Positions 56,206 to 64,000 of a DNA stretch of 64,000 nucleotides are shown here, one piece after another; position 1 is the stretch's first letter; the number at the start of each line of letters is the position of its first letter. The stretch lies in the IMG/VR virus record IMGVR_UViG_2636415949_000001. One strand, given 5' to 3'. The translations under genes were made by a program, and so were the position numbers. This DNA comes from an uncultured virus (IMG/VR IMGVR_UViG_2636415949_000001). Lineage: Duplodnaviria; Heunggongvirae; Uroviricota; Caudoviricetes. The notes below the pieces were generated by a model. The model had not been told where the DNA came from and did not search any database. It worked only from the letters and a program-made list of their open reading frames with translations.

Positions 56206-57630
56206 ATGGGAAATACGGACTTCATAAAGAAAATCGCCCCGGATGCACAGAAGATATTCGTAAATTATAAAATTCTCGCCAGCCTTGTAATCGCGCAGGG
56301 ATGTCTCGAAAGTGCGTACGGAACCAGTGGTCTTGCCGTTAATGGAAAGAACCTTTTCGGAGTGAAGGGCGAATATAACGGAAAATACGTCATCATGAAA
56401 ACGTGGGAAGTAATCAACGGAAGAAACGTTCAAGTGGACGCCAAGTTCCGGAAGTACCCGACGTGGTATGAGTCGATGCAAGACCTTGCGAAGCTTTACG
56501 TAAACGGCGTCAGTTGGGACCCGAATCACTATAAGGCGGTCGTAGGCGAGAAAAACTACAAGAAAGCGACTGCTGCGCTGGTAGACGCCGGTTATGCAAC
56601 GGACCCGTCTTACGCATCAAAGCTTAACAGAATTATTGAAACGTACAACCTGACGAAGTACGACAGCGCCCCGTCTCCGTCGAATCCGTCCACTCCTACT
56701 ACGCCGGGCACAAACAACCCGGCTCCGGTTGTCGTTGAAGAGCCGGAGGTATCTATCGACGTTTTTTCAAGCGTTTATACAACGCCTCCATCCGGTGTCC
56801 CTATTACGGATAGCAACTTCCGGATACTTTACAAGGATGGCCGCATAATTGACATGGCTCGCGATTTATCAGTTCTTGTGCGAAGTTTCAAAATTGCTTC
56901 GCCCACTCCCGATATCGATTACGAAACGATTCCGGGGAGGGACGGATTAGTTCGAGTGGGGAAAAACTTCGGAGCCCGAACGCTGACTGCCGAATGTCTC
57001 TTGCTCGGAGCGGATGACGTTGATTTTCATTTATTACAAGCGGAACTCTTTCACGCGCTTCATCGCGAGGAGGAGTTCTTTTTAGTTTCGGAAGCGACGC
57101 CGAAAAAACGGTGGCGGGTCGAGCTAAGCGCATCATTCACGCCTGACAGAATCGGTAGCTTTGGCGACTTTACGCTGACTTTCCAAAGCGCCTCGACTTA
57201 TTGCGAATCAGTCGGCACCACACTGGATGCGTTTACGTTTGATGCGAACAAATGGCAGATAGGCGAAGGACTGACGGACGATATCCCTTCGTACAAACAC
57301 AAGACGAAGACTTTTCGTATTTTCAACGCGGGAGCCGTCCGGCTAGATCCGAGATACATGCCTTTAAAAATCACGTATAAAGGCGAGTCAAATAAATTGT
57401 CGATCAAAAATAGAACAACAGGCGATCTGTGGACGTTTTCCGGCAATTCCACTACGAAGGAAGCGATTCAAATTTCCGGTGTTACTGTGAAAAAGGGTAA
57501 CGTTAGCATCTTCGGTCAGACAAATTTCGGACTCATTACGCTTGAGCCCGGATGGAATGATTTTGAGTTAAGCGGAACGAGCGGGGATTTTGAGATCACC
57601 TTTGATTTCAGATTCCACTATTACGCGTAG
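56206..57630 (+). CDS. GH73 glucosaminidase fused to distal tail (Dit) protein
   Basis: IAQGCLES.YG, NLFGVKG, GYATDP.Y; P/T linker; C-terminal IPGRDG...L.PGWN Dit domain. Confidence 0.85.
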   Translation: MGNTDFIKKIAPDAQKIFVNYKILASLVIAQGCLESAYGTSGLAVNGKNLFGVKGEYNGKYVIMKTWEVINGRNVQVDAKFRKYPTWYESMQDLAKLYVNGVSWDPNHYKAVVGEKNYKKATAALVDAGYATDPSYASKLNRIIETYNLTKYDSAPSPSNPSTPTTPGTNNPAPVVVEEPEVSIDVFSSVYTTPPSGVPITDSNFRILYKDGRIIDMARDLSVLVRSFKIASPTPDIDYETIPGRDGLVRVGKNFGARTLTAECLLLGADDVDFHLLQAELFHALHREEEFFLVSEATPKKRWRVELSASFTPDRIGSFGDFTLTFQSASTYCESVGTTLDAFTFDANKWQIGEGLTDDIPSYKHKTKTFRIFNAGAVRLDPRYMPLKITYKGESNKLSIKNRTTGDLWTFSGNSTTKEAIQISGVTVKKGNVSIFGQTNFGLITLEPGWNDFELSGTSGDFEITFDFRFHYYA

Positions 57631-57641
57631 GGAGGTGCGTC

Positions 57642-59042
57642 ATGCCTAGTTTGATTGTAAAAAACCTTGCTAATCAGGTCGAAGCCTTAACGGACTTTAA
57701 CGTGACAAAGAAAGATGAAATCGATAACGGCAGGTCTTTAGATGTATCAGTTATACAGACCGATCGGAACGCGCACTCCTTTCCGCTGATTCAGAATGAA
57801 GGCTCTCTTTTTTATGAAGACGAGGAATTTGTCATCCGAAAGACGCGCTATGTACCGATCGGAGGCAAGAGACTAAAGGTCGACATTACGGCCCTGCACC
57901 GATCATTTTCAGACCTCGGAGAGAATTACGTGTACGAGACTTCGGGGAAAAAGAAAAAACTTTACCTCGAAGATATGCTGGATATCGCATTAAAAGGCTC
58001 CGGGTATTCTTACGAAGTTGTACCGGATGGTCTTGGTGATTCATTTGAAGTAGAGGATTTCGGGAATGGATACTCGCTCGGACTGTTAAACGATATTAAA
58101 GAAAAATACTCGGCGGAATATGAATGTATTGGAAAGAAAGTGTACTTCGCGAAGGAGATAGCGAGAGATACAGACTATGTTATTCGCGATCGAGTAAATG
58201 TAAAAGATCCGACACAGGAAATCGACACCTCTTCTATAAAAACGTTTATCAAGGGCTTCGGAAAGAAAGACGACAAGACAGGGAAATATGCGGTCGAAGC
58301 TGAATACAAAAGCCCTTTGGCTGCAATCTACGGAATTAAACACGCAAATCCAATATTCGACGACTCTTACACGGCAAAGGACGAGGGTAAACTTGAACAG
58401 CGGCTAGAAAAAGAACTGACCGATAAGATTGAGATATCTATCAGTTTGACATATGTGGAAGTCGAAGCTTTGAAAATGCAGGACATCCGAAAAGGTGATT
58501 ACGTGTGGTGCGTATTAGAGCCGTTTGACTTACGCACCAAGCTACGCGTTGTCAGTGTCGAATCTTATTCCAATCCGAATAAACCGTCTGTTTTTACTTT
58601 CGGAAAATTGCGGCCGAATATCAGTAAAACTGTCGCAAAACTAGGTCGTACGCAGAGCACGCTCTCCAAGCTTATCGATACGTCAACTGGGAAAGTGAAA
58701 GGCAGCGCCATAAGCGGAAACATAACCATCGGAAAAGACGCGATTTACGAAGACGGGTACGATCCGACAAAGCTGACGATTCCTACGTACGGCCGGGCAA
58801 ACGCAACAACGGACGGTCTTATGAGCTCATCGGACTATGTGAAGCTGGCGAGTATCGTATTGGGGCCCGACGGCCAAGTTTATGTCTCGCTGGCTACCGA
58901 AACGACTGACGGCTTAATGAGCGCATCTGACTTCGCAAAGCTGCAACGCATCAAGGTCGGTACGGCTACGGTGGATATATCGACACTTTCGCAACAGCTC
59001 GAATCTATAAACAAGCGCCTGACCGCGCTAGAGAATAAATAA
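57642..59042 (+). CDS. Tail spike / Tal-like protein (prophage tail endopeptidase family)
   Basis: FIKGFGK, EYKSPLA.IYGI; C-terminal AT..DGLMS..D..KL repeats. Confidence 0.8.
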   Translation: MPSLIVKNLANQVEALTDFNVTKKDEIDNGRSLDVSVIQTDRNAHSFPLIQNEGSLFYEDEEFVIRKTRYVPIGGKRLKVDITALHRSFSDLGENYVYETSGKKKKLYLEDMLDIALKGSGYSYEVVPDGLGDSFEVEDFGNGYSLGLLNDIKEKYSAEYECIGKKVYFAKEIARDTDYVIRDRVNVKDPTQEIDTSSIKTFIKGFGKKDDKTGKYAVEAEYKSPLAAIYGIKHANPIFDDSYTAKDEGKLEQRLEKELTDKIEISISLTYVEVEALKMQDIRKGDYVWCVLEPFDLRTKLRVVSVESYSNPNKPSVFTFGKLRPNISKTVAKLGRTQSTLSKLIDTSTGKVKGSAISGNITIGKDAIYEDGYDPTKLTIPTYGRANATTDGLMSSSDYVKLASIVLGPDGQVYVSLATETTDGLMSASDFAKLQRIKVGTATVDISTLSQQLESINKRLTALENK

Positions 59043-59056
59043 CGAGGAGGAGTACA

Positions 59057-61621
59057 ATGCCGAAATTTCCGTACAGAAAGGCCGGGGCGGCGTGGGACCG
59101 TGTTTTTCGTAACGATCACAACCAAAACCTCGATGATATTGCGGACGATATTAAAGGATCGTATACGGATCTGGCCGCACATAAGAACGCGAAAACCGCC
59201 CACACGTCGGAGCAAATCGACCATGGCGGTTTTTCTTTGCGCACATATATCGACGGCCTGTATAACCGTATCAGAAATCTGATCCTTAACGCGGACGGTA
59301 CAAACGTAAAAGAGGTCGTTGACGCTCGTGTAGACGCGGAAGGAAACATCGCGCCTCTATTGAAAGAGCGGCTCGACAAAGAGTATAACAAGCTTTTACG
59401 CAAAATTGAGCGCGATGTAAACGTTGATGATTACGGAGCCGATCCGACAGGCGTTAACGATAGTACAGAAGCGTTTAAAAAGGCGATAGGGAACGGTAAG
59501 GTGCGGCTAAATCTATCGGCAGGCACGTATATCGTTAAAGGCATCAAGTTGCCGTCATGGACGTATTTGATCGGTCAAGGTATGGGCGTTACTACGTTGA
59601 AGCTACACGAAGATACGCCGGCGAGCGAATGGGTCATCATTAACGCGGACCCGGCGTCCGGCAACCGGAATATCGTAGTCCAAGGAATGTCACTCGACTG
59701 GAATCCGGATCGTCAAGGCGGCGTTAGTTCAACTGGCGGAATCCATTCGAGCTGTTTAACTTTCGCGCAAGTGAAGTTCGGTATCGTCCGGGAGGTCGAA
59801 GGCGTTAATCCGGGGCTCCACTGTTTCGACATATCGGCCCCTACCTACGATATTACAGCGAAGGATTACACCGCAACAGGAAGTAAGTACGTCTGGATCG
59901 ATCGCTGCGTCGGCTATGGTTACGGTGATGACGGGATCACTACGCACTACAGCGAATATATCTTCATCACCAATAACGTAATGACAAATCCGCGCGGCAC
60001 AGCCCACCGTAAGGGTGCCGCCAATTCGAACGGTATCGAAGTCGATGACGGATCTAAACACGTATGGCTTCTTGATAACTACACTGAAGGAAACATCCGA
60101 GGCGTAGAGGTGAAGGCTCATACAGAATGGCCGGCGCCTTGTAACGTCCATATTCGCGGACACGAATCTTTCCGGGATGTGCGCTCATTCGACTTGCGGC
60201 ATATAGGACACCACTTAGCGACTGATCCGTGGAGCGAGACGGCGAGGGACGTAACGCTGATCGATTGTACTGCGCGAGAGCCGATATTCAATTCGCTGTA
60301 TGACGGACTGGAACCGAAAGCTTTAGTCGTCTCGGCGTACCAACGTGTTAAGATAATCGGTTTTACTGCAATCGGTGATCCGACGTATGACTACAAAGGA
60401 AAGTCGATGATAGCCTTTCAATATAAGAGCCGGAAGATAACTGTAACTGGTCTGCAAATTTCCGGTTTTAAAAAGGCCGGCTATGATGTCAACATTACCG
60501 GAGGCGATCAGCGCACAGATGACGTCCTCATTTCTGATTTCGTTATCCATGATTCAGCGCAAAATGGTATCGGGATCGGGGGCGGTGTCTATAACGTAAA
60601 CTTGGAAAATGGTATTCTTCACGTATCTAGCGGTACGGCCGGCATCACATCGCCGAATACGCAAACAAATATCTTAATGGTCCGGGCGTATGGTTACGAA
60701 AGTGCGGCAGTACTCGGGGGCCAGAAACATTCGGTCGTCCCTAACAACGTGAAAGGTGGGTTCCGTTCTGCTTCTACATCGGGTCACGTTTTAGACAAAA
60801 CAAGCGCAGTCATTGCGACCACGGGCGGATGTATAACGAAAGGGCCTCGAAACGTCGTTCTAGGTGCCAGCGGTGGCTCATCCACAACAGCTTCGCGTCA
60901 AGCGGTTATAGCGTCAAACAATTCACATACAAAAGGCGACGGGCCGTCGAGGGTCGTGCTCGCTGCTAACGGGGTTATCAACGATAACGGATATAGCGTC
61001 AGAGGGGGCTACGGAAGCGGCAGCGCCTCGACCGGAAATACGAAATGGGAACTCGATTCAACTGGCGGACATATTCGTGGTACAGGGCGGGTAGAAAGCG
61101 TCTCAGATTTCAAAGACTTCGCGGAGTATTTCGAATCTGCTGACGGTCAGAAAATCGATTCAAGCTATCTGGTTGCGTTAGAAGGCGAAAAGATACGAAA
61201 AGCAGGCGAAGGAGATAAGATACTCGGAGTTGTTTCGGAAACGGCCGGCTTGGTGCTCGGAGGCGCGGCGTTCTATTGGAACAATCAGTTCGAAAGAAAC
61301 GAATTCGGCGGCTTGGTTTACGAAACGGTTATCGATGGTGGCGAAGAGTTGAGCGTTCCAAAATTAAACCCCGACTACGACCCTTCTCTCGAATATGTGC
61401 CGCGTGACTCTCGGGACGAATGGCATGTCATCGGCCTGATTGGCCAAGTCTTTGTCAGGATTGACGAAACAGTGGCCGTAGGGGATAGCGTATCAGCAAT
61501 CGAAGGCATCGCAACCAAGGCGGAAAGCGGCGGCTATGGGACCGTTATGAAAATCATATCTCCGTATGATGCGGAAAAAGGCTACGGTGTAGCGCAAATG
61601 ATCGTTACGCCGCAGCACTAA
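59057..61621 (+). CDS. Pre-neck appendage / tailspike: beta-helix plus peptidase G2 autocleaving chaperone
   Basis: VNVDDYGADPTG..DSTEAF; beta-helix repeats; DFAEYFES; IGLIGQV. Confidence 0.85.
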   Translation: MPKFPYRKAGAAWDRVFRNDHNQNLDDIADDIKGSYTDLAAHKNAKTAHTSEQIDHGGFSLRTYIDGLYNRIRNLILNADGTNVKEVVDARVDAEGNIAPLLKERLDKEYNKLLRKIERDVNVDDYGADPTGVNDSTEAFKKAIGNGKVRLNLSAGTYIVKGIKLPSWTYLIGQGMGVTTLKLHEDTPASEWVIINADPASGNRNIVVQGMSLDWNPDRQGGVSSTGGIHSSCLTFAQVKFGIVREVEGVNPGLHCFDISAPTYDITAKDYTATGSKYVWIDRCVGYGYGDDGITTHYSEYIFITNNVMTNPRGTAHRKGAANSNGIEVDDGSKHVWLLDNYTEGNIRGVEVKAHTEWPAPCNVHIRGHESFRDVRSFDLRHIGHHLATDPWSETARDVTLIDCTAREPIFNSLYDGLEPKALVVSAYQRVKIIGFTAIGDPTYDYKGKSMIAFQYKSRKITVTGLQISGFKKAGYDVNITGGDQRTDDVLISDFVIHDSAQNGIGIGGGVYNVNLENGILHVSSGTAGITSPNTQTNILMVRAYGYESAAVLGGQKHSVVPNNVKGGFRSASTSGHVLDKTSAVIATTGGCITKGPRNVVLGASGGSSTTASRQAVIASNNSHTKGDGPSRVVLAANGVINDNGYSVRGGYGSGSASTGNTKWELDSTGGHIRGTGRVESVSDFKDFAEYFESADGQKIDSSYLVALEGEKIRKAGEGDKILGVVSETAGLVLGGAAFYWNNQFERNEFGGLVYETVIDGGEELSVPKLNPDYDPSLEYVPRDSRDEWHVIGLIGQVFVRIDETVAVGDSVSAIEGIATKAESGGYGTVMKIISPYDAEKGYGVAQMIVTPQH

Positions 61622-61633
61622 GGAGGTTTTGCA

Positions 61634-63217
61634 GTGATATACAATAACGCACCAATTGCGTTTGAGGTGACGAGCCGGACAAAAACGAATATTAAAACCG
61701 CCATACAGTTCAGCACGCAAGACTTCGATACGGCGCGGTTACTCTTCTCGCTAACTAAGGATGGCGTCCCGTTGCCATTGTCTGCTGTTACCGGGAAGCT
61801 TGTCATGTTCACGGCGGACGGCAGCCGGTTCGTAAGAAGCGTAGAGATCACGGATAAAGTCGAAGGTGTTGCGCAGTACGTTCTGTCAGCCGAAGAGATC
61901 CGACACAGTGGCGATGTGCAGGCGGAACTTTACCTGTATTACGCTAATAAGCAGGCGCTTTCCATCCATAAGTTTTCGTTTACTATCGACAAGGCGCTGA
62001 TTGATACGGATATCGTACCGTTGGCGGAATACTACGTTGATGACTTCGAAGCGTTGCGCCAACAAATCAACGACTTATACGACGAAGTGGTCGAAACAGT
62101 CGAAGAGCTGCGCAAGAAATTCGAAGACCTCGAAAATATTGAAACGAAAGAAGGGGCGCAAGCAAAAGCGGACGCTGCAGAAAAGAATGCGAAGTCCTAT
62201 ACGGACACTCATACGAAAAGGACTGACAATCCGCATAGCGTAACGAAATCGCAAATCGGTTTGGGAAACGTTGAGAATGTGAAGCAGGAGACGCCTGACG
62301 GTGCGCAGGCAAAAGCCGACAAGGCCTTAACGGACAGCAAAGCGTACACGGACGAACACACAGGTCGGACTGATAACCCGCACTCAGTGACGAAGGATCA
62401 GATCGGACTTAGTAACGTCGACAACGTTAAGCAGGCGCCCCTCGACCAATTCCGGGCCCATGATTCCAATAGCATCCGTCACACGTCGCAGGTTGAGAAG
62501 GACAAGTGGAACGGATCGCAACTGTTTAAATTGACGCAGGATACAGGCGCGGCACAGTACATGACAGGCATCGATTTTAATACGGTGACAGATACCGGCT
62601 TCTATTATATGAGCGGCGCAACGACGGCCCTAAACGCTCCGGTAAATAACAACGGCTATCTTCTCGTTCATAACTACAGCACGTACGCGTATCAGGAATA
62701 CACGTCCTATAGTAGCAATGATTCGACGTCTTCCGGCCGGCGGAAATTTATGCGTAATAAGGTCGCGAGCTCGGAGTCGTGGACGTCATGGCGCGAGCTT
62801 GAATCGGTAGAAGGGGCGCAGTCAAAGGTAGATGCTCACGCAAACAAAACGGACATTCACGTTGTACAGGCGGATAAAGATAAGTGGAATAGTCCGTGGG
62901 TCGCGACGTGGAATAACGTTACTTTGATTAACGGCGCGCAACAAAACGCTAGCTATCCGTTCAAGTTTTCCGTTGCGAATAACGAAATTAAACTGCGTGG
63001 CACGTTCGGCTCGCTCCCGGCCGCCGGTACGACGGTAGCGAAATTCACGTATAAGCCGACGCAGCTCGTAGATTTCGTCGTTCCTACGATTGGCTCTTAC
63101 GGGACGGCCCGGTTTGCCTTTACGACGGACGGGGAGCTACGGTTCGACGGTCTTTCCGCGACCGACTCGGCTAGCGTTACGCGTGTGTCCTTTAATATCG
63201 GTATCCCATTATGGTAA
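61634..63217 (+). CDS. BppU-family baseplate upper / tail fibre protein
   Basis: FSTQD..TARL.F.LTKDG; internal DNPHSVTK.QIGL.NV.NVKQ repeats. Confidence 0.8.
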   Translation: MIYNNAPIAFEVTSRTKTNIKTAIQFSTQDFDTARLLFSLTKDGVPLPLSAVTGKLVMFTADGSRFVRSVEITDKVEGVAQYVLSAEEIRHSGDVQAELYLYYANKQALSIHKFSFTIDKALIDTDIVPLAEYYVDDFEALRQQINDLYDEVVETVEELRKKFEDLENIETKEGAQAKADAAEKNAKSYTDTHTKRTDNPHSVTKSQIGLGNVENVKQETPDGAQAKADKALTDSKAYTDEHTGRTDNPHSVTKDQIGLSNVDNVKQAPLDQFRAHDSNSIRHTSQVEKDKWNGSQLFKLTQDTGAAQYMTGIDFNTVTDTGFYYMSGATTALNAPVNNNGYLLVHNYSTYAYQEYTSYSSNDSTSSGRRKFMRNKVASSESWTSWRELESVEGAQSKVDAHANKTDIHVVQADKDKWNSPWVATWNNVTLINGAQQNASYPFKFSVANNEIKLRGTFGSLPAAGTTVAKFTYKPTQLVDFVVPTIGSYGTARFAFTTDGELRFDGLSATDSASVTRVSFNIGIPLW

Positions 63218-63231
63218 AGGAGGAAATCAGA

Positions 63232-63501
63232 ATGCACGTTTTATACTACGACAAAAATTTCGACTATGCCGGCGAAGAAGATATCGATGTAGAAGTGCTG
63301 CCGCCAAACAGTACGGACGTATTACCCGATCCGTCGATTATCTCACCGCGATTCGATAAGAAGAATAACGTATGGGTCGAGGCGGCAACGGAGGAATACA
63401 AAGAGAGCATTAAGCCTGATCCGCCGGCTCCGAATGAAATCGAGAATCTTCAAAAGCAGATAGCGGATTTATATTATCTTATCGCGACGGGAGGAAACTA
63501 A
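63232..63501 (+). CDS. Small tail-associated protein (fibre chaperone-like)
   Basis: LPPNST..P...PRFD...W.E; AAGGAGG RBS. Confidence 0.6.
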   Translation: MHVLYYDKNFDYAGEEDIDVEVLPPNSTDVLPDPSIISPRFDKKNNVWVEAATEEYKESIKPDPPAPNEIENLQKQIADLYYLIATGGN

Positions 63502-63690
63502 ATGACTTGGTATCTCCGTATCAAAAATCTTTATGACGCCGGCCTCTGGACGAAAAAGCAAGTTCACGATACTGTCGGAGCTGGCCGGATAACACCGGAA
63601 GAATACGAGAAAATCACCGGAGATGTTTACGATCCAAACAAGCCTCCTATCGAAGAACCTCCGGAAGAAACAGGCGGACAGGAGGCGTAG
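63502..63690 (+). CDS. XkdX-family protein
   Basis: Y..GLW....V...V..G.ITPEEYEKITG. Confidence 0.85.
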   Translation: MTWYLRIKNLYDAGLWTKKQVHDTVGAGRITPEEYEKITGDVYDPNKPPIEEPPEETGGQEA

Positions 63691-63693
63691 TTA

Positions 63694-63903
63694 TTGAACG
63701 GCGGCGAATTAGACGTACTCAAATATTTTTTAACGCAGGGACCGTTCGCGGTCCTTTTTACGTGGCTGCTGATTTACGTAATGAAATCGAACCGTGAGCG
63801 TGAATCGCGGCTACAAGATCTACTCGATAAGTTTAGCGATAAGTACGACGTCATCATCGACAAGATTGATAGACTCGAAGAGAAATTCCGCGGAAGAGAA
63901 TAA
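63694..63903 (+). CDS. bhlA: BhlA/UviB-family holin-like protein
   Basis: YFLTQGPFAVLFTWLLIYVMKSNRERE.RL. Confidence 0.88.
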   Translation: MNGGELDVLKYFLTQGPFAVLFTWLLIYVMKSNRERESRLQDLLDKFSDKYDVIIDKIDRLEEKFRGRE

Positions 63904-63979
63904 CCGAATATACGCAACACGCCCGTCAGGTGAGAGTCCTGGCGGGCTTTTTAAATTATGAAAAAGGAGACGATGAGAC

Positions 63980-64000
63980 ATGGTGAAAATCACAAAGGAC
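63980..64000 (+). CDS. Probable endolysin, N-terminal fragment MVKITKD (truncated by the window)
   Basis: AAAGGAG RBS; position after the holin; resembles starts of Bacillus phage amidases. Confidence 0.5.

Larger units (their letters stand above)
1..64000. mobile_element. Temperate Bacillus siphovirus-type prophage (integrase to lysis module; ends not in window)
   Basis: Ordered integrase, replication, regulation, nucleotide metabolism, terminase, head, tail and lysis modules, mostly on + strand. Confidence 0.97.

Noticed and set aside
62200..62440. Repeats in the tail fibre gene as a possible DGR or shufflon
   Set aside because: In-frame protein repeats with synonymous divergence; no reverse transcriptase or adjacent invertase

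Overview
About 64 kb of an apparently intact temperate siphovirus-type prophage of a Bacillus subtilis-group host, inferred from gene content and GGAGG ribosome-binding sites. It runs from the first base of the integrase to the start of the endolysin; no att sites are visible. Modules in order: integrase; two tandem PD-(D/E)XK endonucleases; replication initiator and probable origin; DnaC-like loader, DnaB helicase and primase; a switch region (two HTH repressors, an AimR-like receptor, an unannotated AimP-like pro-peptide ending INAIGG, and a phage sigma factor); SSB-like gene, split family A DNA polymerase, exonuclease and RuvC; nucleotide metabolism (nrdIEF, dut, thyX, dNMP kinase); two orphan DNA methyltransferases; a minus-strand accessory block with an ATP-dependent ligase; a non-coding zone with repeats and a tRNA-like element lacking its anticodon arm; and head, tail and lysis genes. 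The tape-measure gene carries a group I intron with a homing endonuclease. The most striking element is a 27-codon ORF missing from the ORF track (34890-34973), with its own promoter, RBS and terminator. It encodes M-GMPRGA-NPLE-SAIRGA-GPAE-SASRGA, a signal-peptide-less concatemer that includes the arbitrium peptides of SPbeta (GMPRGA) and phi3T (SAIRGA), while this phage's own signal appears to be INAIGG. This suggests an arbitrium-spoofing system that holds rival SPbeta-like phages in lysogeny. All functional calls come from motif recognition by eye; no searches were run.
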